Notes: generated by a model not told the origin, from the sequence alone. A DNA stretch of 64,000 nucleotides from Eubacteriales bacterium (GCA_045587385.1 JAZNCE010000007.1:1090-65089); one strand, 5' to 3'; positions 43,310 to 50,912 are shown, numbered from the stretch's first letter. Translations and numbers: made by a program.

Positions 43310-43717
43310 TTAAATCAACAAGCCTATCAAAAGCAACAAATTATTTTTGATTTCGCTGCTGAATAGTTCAATCCAAATCGTATTAACATCTCCATCAGGC
43401 TCAAAATCTACATGTGCGATTTTCTCTTTATTTTCTTTTGATAACAATGTGACTGATCCTATAGGAAAACATACAAGCTCCAAGAACTCTTCAAAAGTAC
43501 AGCCCAAACCAGCTTCATTATAAGCCGATGTGTACTCTATCTTATCGTCAAGTATTAATCTGTCGGGCTTTATATCGTCAAGGATCTCACCGCTTTCGGT
43601 TGCGAGAATATAATGCTCACGTAGCAATTCTAAAAGGGAATACTTGAATTTAGCTGGAATAAGAGGATTACATTTTATTTCTATCGCATTTTTAATATTT
43701 TTTATATTAATTACCAT
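43310..43717 (-). CDS. hypothetical protein (135 aa), immunity-like position
   Basis: An AT-rich ORF in the island. No family recognised. Confidence 0.6.
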   Translation of the reverse strand: MVINIKNIKNAIEIKCNPLIPAKFKYSLLELLREHYILATESGEILDDIKPDRLILDDKIEYTSAYNEAGLGCTFEEFLELVCFPIGSVTLLSKENKEKIAHVDFEPDGDVNTIWIELFSSEIKNNLLLLIGLLI

Positions 43718-43795
43718 AATCTTATTCTTTTCCCATGGTTAATTATTAATCAAATTCTTCAACGGAATTAATTGTTGCATATCGTGGTCACTATT

Positions 43796-44197
43796 TTATT
43801 CAATTAATCTGTACGATTTTATCACACGGCTATTGAGAAAATATTCTATTTCATACGTTTGTCCAATTTCCATTTTTTCTATATCACGAGCCCAAGTTGG
43901 AACATACACGAAAAATCTAATATTCTCACCTGTTTTATAATAGGTCTTGCGTGTACATGACAAAGAACTGCTTGATTGAAACTCGACATATTCCGCTATT
44001 ACTGTAGTGGAGTCTCTTTCCACCATATCTTTATATATGGGAATTTCGAGAATTGTTAAAGCCACTATAAGAACTGTAAAAAGAACTATTTGGATTCCAT
44101 AGTACTTAGGGCGTTTAACTATTTCATACACGATAGCACCAATAAACCCTGCATAAGCAGTAAATGTTGGGATTAGTACAAGTAAAATATTCTTCAT
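43796..44197 (-). CDS. hypothetical membrane protein (133 aa), immunity-like position
   Basis: Two N-terminal TM segments, then a soluble domain. Confidence 0.6.
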   Translation of the reverse strand: MKNILLVLIPTFTAYAGFIGAIVYEIVKRPKYYGIQIVLFTVLIVALTILEIPIYKDMVERDSTTVIAEYVEFQSSSSLSCTRKTYYKTGENIRFFVYVPTWARDIEKMEIGQTYEIEYFLNSRVIKSYRLIE

Positions 44198-44317
44198 AAA
44201 GCCTCCTATGTAACAAGAGCCCTCGGTTATTCTATTAAGAACTTAGCAGTTTTCATTCCATAATAGTCAGGTTGCGTGAAAAATGTAAAGCAGGGCTTTT
44301 ATGCGAAAAACAGGAAA

Positions 44318-44659
44318 TTATTGACTTAACTCAATTGCATGTTTTTTCAGAAATTCCGCATACAAATCTAATTGCTTTTGCAAAGGATCCGGAGGGTTGA
44401 TTGAATAAAACTCCTTTTCAAGACAACTGATTTCTGCTTGATTAAAAGAAGTACAATGAAATATGTTTTCTCTCTTTCCGTTACAGTCAATAATCACCTC
44501 TAAACAATATCTCATTAAAGTTGATTGGTAATAATGAACTTCTATAGTGGAATTGCTTTTCGTATAATATATTTCCGAATCTCCGTTACGAGAACAAACC
44601 TTCCTCTTAAATCCTTGCCTTTCAAGAAATTTGAGTTTTTTGATAATAGATCTATTCAT
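44318..44659 (-). CDS. hypothetical protein (113 aa), immediate immunity position after toxin cassette 1
   Basis: I prefer the start at 44659 (MNRSIIKK), 14 nt after the toxin stop. The ORF-track start at 44689 would overlap the toxin gene by 16 nt. Confidence 0.6.
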   Translation of the reverse strand: MNRSIIKKLKFLERQGFKRKVCSRNGDSEIYYTKSNSTIEVHYYQSTLMRYCLEVIIDCNGKRENIFHCTSFNQAEISCLEKEFYSINPPDPLQKQLDLYAEFLKKHAIELSQ

Positions 44660-44673
44660 ACCAGTTTGCCTTT

Positions 44674-45522
44674 CTAGATTAGATAACATGGTATCATGTT
44701 TAAGTAACTATTAGCTATGGTGGTTTCCATTCCGTAAAACATACTTCTTCCAATGGTGCGTTCGACATCAATGCCTATATCATATACTTTAACGCCCCAA
44801 TTCATCATTCTTGTTAACCATGCTTGGTTATGGGCTAAAGCTTTTGTGGTTGCATAGGCATCACCCTTAATAGCTTTCAAGATTTTAAATCCAGGTTTTC
44901 CGGCATATGTTTGAACTCCCCCGAGTTGCTTAGCCGCTGTTTTTACTCTTGTCATATTTTCACCTATGACCACACCATTTTTGAAAATGTTAAATGTTCT
45001 CACGGCTGCACCACCTAATAACGACAATCCGCCCCACATTGCGCCATTGGCTGCGCCATCTGCAAAACCGTTCCAAAAATCTTCACCTTGTAAGTAAGAA
45101 ACGACTCCACCAGCTAAACCACCTAGAACAATGCTGGTTGTCATTCCTATAAAAACTGGTGCAAGTGCTCCGCCAGTTAAAGCAGTCAAAGCTATTGCCC
45201 CTGCGAATGCTGCACCGCCAATAAGCCATTTCGCCCAATTAGGCAAATGCCCACTCGGATCTGCATAATTCACCGGATCATTATTACAGTAGGCGTAAAG
45301 GTTCAGACCGTTTACAGACTCGGGATCCAGATAAGCCGTATCGTCGGGGCTGATGAATCTGCGCCATTCGGGGCTGTAGTAGCGCGCGTTGAGATAATAA
45401 AGCTTTGTGTCCTCGTCGTAATAGTAACCACGATAACGAATCGGGTTCTTCGCAGCAATACCATTCCTTGACACCGGTGATCCCGCCGCTATAATTATAC
45501 TCGTACACAAAGGTTTTGTCAA
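44674..45522 (-). CDS. orphan RHS core-end fragment plus C-terminal polymorphic-toxin tip (cassette 1); possibly a pseudogene or expressed from an internal start
   Basis: NPIRYRGYYYDEDTKLYYLNARYYSPEWRRFISPDD...DPVNYADPSGH, then a Gly-rich TM-like region and a unique tail (VVIGENMTRVKTAAKQLGG...). The ORF-track TTG start is the TTG of a TTGACA box. The first plausible start is the GTG of VSRNG. Confidence 0.6.
   Translation of the reverse strand: MTKPLCTSIIIAAGSPVSRNGIAAKNPIRYRGYYYDEDTKLYYLNARYYSPEWRRFISPDDTAYLDPESVNGLNLYAYCNNDPVNYADPSGHLPNWAKWLIGGAAFAGAIALTALTGGALAPVFIGMTTSIVLGGLAGGVVSYLQGEDFWNGFADGAANGAMWGGLSLLGGAAVRTFNIFKNGVVIGENMTRVKTAAKQLGGVQTYAGKPGFKILKAIKGDAYATTKALAHNQAWLTRMMNWGVKVYDIGIDVERTIGRSMFYGMETTIANSYLNMIPCYLI
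45494..45522 (-). promoter_or_regulatory. perfect consensus sigma70 promoter at the 5' border of module B (overlaps direct repeat copy 3)
   Basis: The minus strand reads TTGACA (45522-45517), 17 nt (AAACCTTTGTGTACGAG), TATAAT (45499-45494). Confidence 0.55.
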
Positions 45523-45524
45523 GT
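45510..45524. repeat. direct repeat copy 3 (AAGGTTTTGTCAAGT), right border of the RHS island
   Basis: Exact 15-mer; see copies 1 and 2. Confidence 0.8.
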
Positions 45525-45733
45525 TATATATATTGCGAGTATTTTATCTGTAGCAGGTGCAGATATTTGCCGCTCAAAACCGTGTGAGTTCGGCTCTCTT
45601 CGGCTATATCATACAAAACGCCCTCGTTCCGCATGCGGAACAGGGCAAGAGGGTGAAGATGTGTCGCATCCTATCGAAAGAACATCATTTGACATTTGTG
45701 GGAATTAAAAATATTGAGACTCTCAAAAATATC

Positions 45734-45747
45734 TGAAAATGTTTTCA
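45734..45747. promoter_or_regulatory. cre-like palindrome upstream of hprK
   Basis: TGAAAATGTTTTCA matches the cre consensus TGWAANCGNTNWCA at 13 of 14 positions (central TG instead of CG). It lies about 20 nt upstream of the putative -35. The hprK -10, TGTTATAAT, ends at 45795. Confidence 0.35.
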
Positions 45748-45824
45748 CCCACTTTTGCAAAAAGCCTTTTCAAAATCAATAATTTGTGTTATAATGAGAG
45801 CAACGAAAGCAAAGGAGCGAACGT

Positions 45825-46757
45825 ATGGACGAAATTTTTACCATTCCCCTTGCGCAACTTGAAAAAGAGTTTTCATTTGAGCGGATCTACGTACCCGAAG
45901 ACTATGAAACCGTTTTGATTCGCACCCCCGAGGTCTCGCGCCCCGGTCTTGCACTCGCGGGCTTTTACGGCATCTTTGACCGCGACCGCATTCAGATCAT
46001 CGGCAACGCCGAGCACAAATACTTACAGGAGCTTTCCCCCCGGGCGCGCGAGCAGGCACTCGTTGACTTTATCAAGGCGCTGCCCGTAGCCGTGCTCTTT
46101 ACCTCGGGCAACGAGGTCTTCCCCGAGCTGATCCCGCAGGCACAGATCTCAGGCGTGCCCATTCTGCGTACGCAGGAGCATACCAGCCCTATGATGGCTG
46201 CGCTGATCGCCTCGCTCAACCAGCACCTTGCCCCTCGCATTACGCGCCACGGCGTATTGGTCGAGGTATACGGCGAAGGTATTCTGCTGCTGGGTGACAG
46301 CGGCGTTGGTAAGAGTGAGACCGCTATCGAGCTTGTCAAGAGAGGTCACCGTCTGATCGCGGACGATGCAGTCGAGATCAAGCGCGTATCGGCAAAAACG
46401 CTTGTCGGCTCTGCCCCCGAGATCATCCGTCACTACGTGGAGCTGCGCGGCATCGGTATTGTGGACATCCGCCGTCTGTTCGGTATGGGCTCGGTCAAGG
46501 AGACCGAAAAGATCGACCTTGTCATCAACCTTGAGCCTTGGGTACAGGGCAAAATGTACGACCGCCTGGGCTTGGACGAGCAGAAGGTAGACATTCTCGG
46601 CATCAAGGTCCCCTGCACCACCATTCCCGTCAAGCCCGGTCGTAACCTTGCCATTATTCTGGAGATCGCGGCAATGAACAACCGTCAGAAGCGCATGGGC
46701 TACAACACCGTTGAGGAATTCAACAAAAAGCTCATGGGACAGATGGGGTTGGAATGA
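45825..46757 (+). CDS. hprK: HPr kinase/phosphorylase
   Basis: P-loop GDSGVGKSETAIELVKRGHRLIADD, plus LRGIGIVDIRRLFG. Confidence 0.95.
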   Translation: MDEIFTIPLAQLEKEFSFERIYVPEDYETVLIRTPEVSRPGLALAGFYGIFDRDRIQIIGNAEHKYLQELSPRAREQALVDFIKALPVAVLFTSGNEVFPELIPQAQISGVPILRTQEHTSPMMAALIASLNQHLAPRITRHGVLVEVYGEGILLLGDSGVGKSETAIELVKRGHRLIADDAVEIKRVSAKTLVGSAPEIIRHYVELRGIGIVDIRRLFGMGSVKETEKIDLVINLEPWVQGKMYDRLGLDEQKVDILGIKVPCTTIPVKPGRNLAIILEIAAMNNRQKRMGYNTVEEFNKKLMGQMGLE

Positions 46758-46860
46758 TGCTTTGCATCATTGAGTGATATTCGCCTTTGGCGAGTGGTAT
46801 TCCGACTGCGTCGGAGTGATATTGCGCTTCGCGCAGTGATATGTGCTGCAAGCAGCACGT
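46753..46860 (+). repeat. array of five consecutive short hairpins joined by (G/C)AGTGAT-type linkers, starting on the hprK stop codon
   Basis: Units at 46753-46771, 46779-46795, 46799-46817, 46821-46837 and 46841-46860. The stem sequences differ and covary. Units 2-5 all close with an A-T pair and then a T.G wobble. Linkers are GAT or GGT. Confidence 0.75.
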
Positions 46861-46917
46861 AAAGGTAAAAAATCCGCTCGAAAAGGCTGGTTCTCATAAG
46901 GAAGTTTGATTTCTCTT

Positions 46918-46944
46918 TGTAGGGGCCAGCGTCCTCGACGGTCC
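46918..46944. repeat. GTAGGG-headed REP-like element
   Basis: TGTAGGGGCCAGCGTCCTCGACGGTCC. Confidence 0.45.
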
Positions 46945-46977
46945 ATCACAATAATTGTATTGCAGAAAACAAAGATT

Positions 46978-47009
46978 AACCCCGACAGATTCATGAATCT
47001 GTCGGGGTT
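46978..47009. terminator. bidirectional hairpin terminator
   Basis: AACCCCGACAGATTC-AT-GAATCTGTCGGGGTT, with 15-nt arms. Confidence 0.75.
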
Positions 47010-47014
47010 AAGTA

Positions 47015-47512
47015 TTAATTCAATGTAATGCCCTCTGCATTGATTCGAATTGAGTAAAACAAATTAAAAACTTCCTCTTTAGGATTTAACGTGCGATACA
47101 TATTTATCAATCTTCTTTTTCCAACTCTTCTATCAAGTATGGCAAAAATACGAATAATCATGTTTTCACTGTTCATGCTTTCCTCAATGCTTTGATTGTC
47201 AAATTCTTCAAAAGCTTGATAAAAGGCATGCGGACTGAATATGCCTAATTTTAGTGCTGTATCGTCCATATATGCGTAATTTTCTGTCATTCGCTTTTCG
47301 TATGTTTCATCATGTGGAAATAAGTGAGCTTTGCTCCAGTTGTTCCAGTAGCAACCGCTGATCAATTCTTTGCCATCTAACCGTATGGATGCTCTGCCGT
47401 GATGGTCAGGACTTTTGCTGTAAGAAGTGCAATAATACTGAATATGTCCTCGTAATGATTCTGCAAGATACTCGTTTTCAAGTTTATGCCTAATACCGCT
47501 CCAAGTTGACAT
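47015..47512 (-). CDS. hypothetical cytosolic protein (165 aa), AT-rich
   Basis: Start at 47512, 6 nt after AGGAGG; the ORF-track start at 47518 abuts the Shine-Dalgarno site. No family named with confidence. Confidence 0.7.
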   Translation of the reverse strand: MSTWSGIRHKLENEYLAESLRGHIQYYCTSYSKSPDHHGRASIRLDGKELISGCYWNNWSKAHLFPHDETYEKRMTENYAYMDDTALKLGIFSPHAFYQAFEEFDNQSIEESMNSENMIIRIFAILDRRVGKRRLINMYRTLNPKEEVFNLFYSIRINAEGITLN

Positions 47513-47636
47513 AGTCATCCTCCTGTTCTATTTATCTCCAGTTTCGCCTTTGTATTACAAAGGCATAGGGCTTAGCCCATACCCCTATAATGTTGAATAT
47601 ATTATAACACAAATCGGCAGATAAAGCAATAGTTAT

Positions 47637-47796
47637 ATTCCGACTTCGTCGGAGTGATATGATCGCGTGCGCGATCGTGATATTGAAGCCTTACGGCTTC
47701 AGTGATATTTTATTCGCCTCCAAAACTTGCGTAGCAAATATCACTCGGCATAAGCCGAATATCACTGCGAAGAAATATCACTCGCCAAAGGCGAAT
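47637..47796. repeat. second hairpin array: three units in plus orientation, then units in minus orientation
   Basis: Plus-orientation units at 47637-47658 (same stem as 46799-46817), 47659-47681 and 47682-47706. Inverted units at 47738-47760 and 47775-47796 (the reverse complement of the 46779 unit), plus a decayed unit at 47759-47776. The GTGATAT / ATATCAC linkers are conserved. Confidence 0.75.
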
Positions 47797-47830
47797 AAAA
47801 CTGCCCAACTTCCTTATGGGAAGTTGGGCA
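47797..47830 (-). terminator. rho-independent terminator of the PPIase operon
   Basis: The minus strand reads TGCCCAACTTCC-CATAA-GGAAGTTGGGCA followed by GTTTTATTCG. Confidence 0.75.
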
Positions 47831-47861
47831 ATTCGAGCGGATTTTTCATTTTGATTGCTTT

Positions 47862-48734
47862 TTATTGCTTTTCGCGATACACGAAGGTAACGCTTTCGAT
47901 CACGACGGGAGATACGGGTGCATCCCCTGCCTGCGTTTCAACCGCAGCAATCGCATCTACGACCTCCATGCCCGCAACCACCACGCCAAACGCAGCGTAC
48001 TGACCGTCCAGATGCGGATTATCCACGTCGCAGATAAAGAACTGCGAGGATGCGCTGTCCACCTCCTGCGTGCGAGCCATGGAAACGACACCGCGAACGT
48101 GTTTGAGCGGGTTCTTAATGCCGTTGGCATCAAATTCACCCTTGATAGCGTCGGTTTTGTGCAGCTCACCGCTCTCATCGTAACCGCCGCCCTGGATCAT
48201 AAAGTTCTGAATGATGCGGTGGAAGACCAGACCGTCATAAAAGTCCTGCTCCACCAGCTTTTGGAAGTTTTCAACCGTGGCGCGCGCATATTTGGGGTGC
48301 AGACGAATGACAATGTCACCAAAGTCACGCACCGTGATCTTGACGTAATCGGTCTGCTTATCCACAGGCACGAATGCATCCGCCTCGTATGCGTCCACCT
48401 CCGCCAGAGGATCGGCAAGGCTGATCTCATAATTGAACGAGCCGTTGCCGCCGATGATCACAACGTGGCTGCCGTTGATTTCGCCCTGAAACGCATTATA
48501 AATATCGCCTTCCAGAATCACGGTACCGTCCTCGCCCTTGGCGATATAATTGCCGTTCTCATCGGTTCCGATGATCTCCATAGCACCGGCAAAGCCGCCA
48601 AGCCCTATCGTTTGCGCCTCGGTCTGCTCATCCATCAGCTCACCCACCAAGCCCTGCATATCGCAAGAGCACAGCACAAGGATCAAAAGCAAACACAGTA
48701 CGCTTGCAAAAATCGTTCTGCGCATATGCATCAT
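47862..48734 (-). CDS. cyclophilin-type peptidyl-prolyl cis-trans isomerase lipoprotein
   Basis: Lipobox LILVLCSC. FHRIIQNFMIQGGG and ...MARTQEVDSASSQFFI motifs. Confidence 0.9.
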   Translation of the reverse strand: MMHMRRTIFASVLCLLLILVLCSCDMQGLVGELMDEQTEAQTIGLGGFAGAMEIIGTDENGNYIAKGEDGTVILEGDIYNAFQGEINGSHVVIIGGNGSFNYEISLADPLAEVDAYEADAFVPVDKQTDYVKITVRDFGDIVIRLHPKYARATVENFQKLVEQDFYDGLVFHRIIQNFMIQGGGYDESGELHKTDAIKGEFDANGIKNPLKHVRGVVSMARTQEVDSASSQFFICDVDNPHLDGQYAAFGVVVAGMEVVDAIAAVETQAGDAPVSPVVIESVTFVYREKQ

Positions 48735-49699
48735 GCCCAGCTCATAGTACCCGGCTTGGGCTCGTAGATGCAGATATCCTTCAAGAACGCAACAGCCTTT
48801 GCAAGACCCTCGTCAATGCTCATCAAGCTATCCTCGTGCTCAATGGACAGCACGCGGTCGTAGCCCACAAGGCGCAGGTTGGAGACCATATCTCTCCAAT
48901 AGGTCTCACCGTTACCGTAACCCACGGTGCGGAATACCCACGCGCGGTGGATCTCGTCGCCGTAGTGCTTGGTGTCCAGCACACCGTTCTTGGCGGTGTT
49001 GTAATGATCGATCTTGGTATCCTTTGCGTGGAAGTGATAGATCGCACCCTGGAGCTCACGGATAGCAGCCACGGGATCCATGCCCTGCCATACAAGGTGA
49101 GAGGGGTCAAAGTTTGCACCGATCACGTCGCCAACTGCTGCACGCAGCTTAAGCAGCGTTTCGGGATTGTACACGCAAAATCCGGGGTGCATTTCAAATG
49201 CGATATGATCCACGCCGTGTGCCTTGGCAAACGCGCCTGCTTCCTTCCAGTAAGGAATCAGCACCTCGTTCCACTGCCAGTCAAGGATCTTGAGGAAATC
49301 ATCGGGCCAGGGGCAGGTGACCCAGTTGGGGTACTTTGCACCGGGTGCGTCACCGGGGCAGCCCGAGAAGGTAATGACGGTGTCAATGCCCATCTTCTCT
49401 GCCAGGAGCACTGCCTCGCGGAAGTCCTTGTCAAAGGATGCGGCAATTGCGGGATCGGGATGCACGGCGTTGCCGTGGCAAGCCAGCGCGCAAACGCTGA
49501 CGTCATACTTTTTCAGGGTTGCGATAAACTCGTCATACTTAGCAGGGTCTGCAAGCAGCTCTGCGGGGTTGCAATGAGCCTTGCCGGGATATCCGCCCGC
49601 ACCCAGCTCTACGGTGTGCACACCAAGACTTGTGATGATCGAGAGTGCCTCGTCAAGAGATTTTTGTCCGTATAAATTAGCAAGTACGCTGATTTTCAT
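48731..49699 (-). CDS. sugar phosphate isomerase/epimerase (xylose isomerase-like TIM barrel)
   Basis: Typical family pattern (VELGAGGYPG...H, EHEDS). Start at 49699 after AAGAGGA; the ORF-track start at 49804 is rejected. Confidence 0.8.
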   Translation of the reverse strand: MKISVLANLYGQKSLDEALSIITSLGVHTVELGAGGYPGKAHCNPAELLADPAKYDEFIATLKKYDVSVCALACHGNAVHPDPAIAASFDKDFREAVLLAEKMGIDTVITFSGCPGDAPGAKYPNWVTCPWPDDFLKILDWQWNEVLIPYWKEAGAFAKAHGVDHIAFEMHPGFCVYNPETLLKLRAAVGDVIGANFDPSHLVWQGMDPVAAIRELQGAIYHFHAKDTKIDHYNTAKNGVLDTKHYGDEIHRAWVFRTVGYGNGETYWRDMVSNLRLVGYDRVLSIEHEDSLMSIDEGLAKAVAFLKDICIYEPKPGTMSWA

Positions 49700-49712
49700 G
49701 TTAATTATCCTC

Positions 49713-50795
49713 TTAGTCAAAGTAGTAGGGCTTGCCGGTCTTGGCAGACTCGTAAATACCCTCCAGAATGCGGGTAACTGTGTACGCCTGCTCGGGAAGC
49801 ACACAAGGATCGGTATCGGTCAGGATCGCGTTGATCCACTGTGCAGCCTCAACGGAGGCAGGATCGCCTGCATTTGTGCCCTCGTAGAATGCGGCGCCCT
49901 GGGGATTGAGCGTGGGACGCAGCACGTACTGGCTGTTGTTGCGAATGCCGTTGATGCGCACACCGTCGTAGAGGTCACCGCCTGCCTTGGTGCCGCAAAC
50001 CAGCGTGGTTGCCTCGCGCACGTCGATCATGTTGAGTGCCCATGCCGACTCCAGGTTAATGGTTGCGCCGTTCTCCATGACGACAAAGCCGAATGCGCTG
50101 TCCTCGACGGTGAACTTTTCGGGATCCCAGTTGCCCCATGCGTTGCCCTGGTTGGTGTCCTTGTTGAGCTTGTGATAAGCAGTACCAACGCAGTACTTGG
50201 GCTTATAGTTATCCATGATCCAAAGGGTCAGGTCAAGAGAGTGGGTACCGATATCGATCAGAGGACCGCCGCCCTGCTCGTATTCATTCAGAAATACGCC
50301 CCAGGTGGGAACGGCTCTGCGGCGCAGCGCGGTAGCCTTTGCGTAGTAAATATCACCAAACGTGCCGTCCTCAGCCTCTTTCTTGAGGTACTTAGCCCCC
50401 ATGGACTGACGGGACTGGTAACCGATGGTCAGCTTCTTGCCCGTGCGAGCAGCAGCGTCCAGCATCTTCTTTGCTTCCTCGGAGTTGATCGCCATGGGCT
50501 TTTCGCACATAACGTGCTTGCCTGCCTCCAGCGCGTCCACGGTGATAAAGGAGTGGGAGCGGTTGGGCGTGCAGACGTGTACGACGTCAATGGTTTCGTC
50601 CTTCAAAAGCTCCTTGTAATCCGTGTAAACAACAGCGTCGGGCGTGCCGTACTTAGCCTTTGCGTCGATCGCTCTCTGCTCGATGATATCGCAGAATGCA
50701 ACCAATTCAACAGTAGGCAGCTTTTTGAGCGAGGGCATATGCTTGCCGTTTGCAATACCGCCGCAACCGATGATACCAATTCTGAGTTTTTTCAT
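49713..50795 (-). CDS. Gfo/Idh/MocA family oxidoreductase
   Basis: Rossmann N-terminus (KLRIGIIGCGGIANGKH). Start at 50795, 9 nt after GGAGG. Confidence 0.88.
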   Translation of the reverse strand: MKKLRIGIIGCGGIANGKHMPSLKKLPTVELVAFCDIIEQRAIDAKAKYGTPDAVVYTDYKELLKDETIDVVHVCTPNRSHSFITVDALEAGKHVMCEKPMAINSEEAKKMLDAAARTGKKLTIGYQSRQSMGAKYLKKEAEDGTFGDIYYAKATALRRRAVPTWGVFLNEYEQGGGPLIDIGTHSLDLTLWIMDNYKPKYCVGTAYHKLNKDTNQGNAWGNWDPEKFTVEDSAFGFVVMENGATINLESAWALNMIDVREATTLVCGTKAGGDLYDGVRINGIRNNSQYVLRPTLNPQGAAFYEGTNAGDPASVEAAQWINAILTDTDPCVLPEQAYTVTRILEGIYESAKTGKPYYFD

Positions 50796-50872
50796 ATTTG
50801 CAGTCCTCCGTTTGAGAGATTTTTTGCTTGGCGGCATACAAAACCGCCATATTTTTACAATTATATAATACC

Positions 50873-50912
50873 GAAAAAATCCCGATTTTGCAAGCGCAAA
50901 ACCGGGATTTTT
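50873..50912 (-). terminator. rho-independent terminator after the DUF3794/LysM gene
   Basis: A long stem, AAATCCCGGTTTTGC-GCTT-GCAAAATCGGGATTT on the minus strand, followed by TTTTCGG. Confidence 0.75.

Noticed and set aside
40786-45524. I looked for an integrase, recombinase, secretion-system gene or full-length rhs gene inside or next to the RHS island.
   Set aside because: None is present among ORFs of 60 aa or more on either strand. The island is therefore described as orphan cassettes, and the mobility mechanism is left open.
46753-47796. I considered whether the hairpin arrays are a CRISPR array.
   Set aside because: The conserved part is only a linker of about 7 nt (GTGATAT). The variable parts are 13-19-nt self-complementary hairpins rather than 30-40-nt unique spacers. 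The units occur in both orientations, and there are no cas genes in the window.
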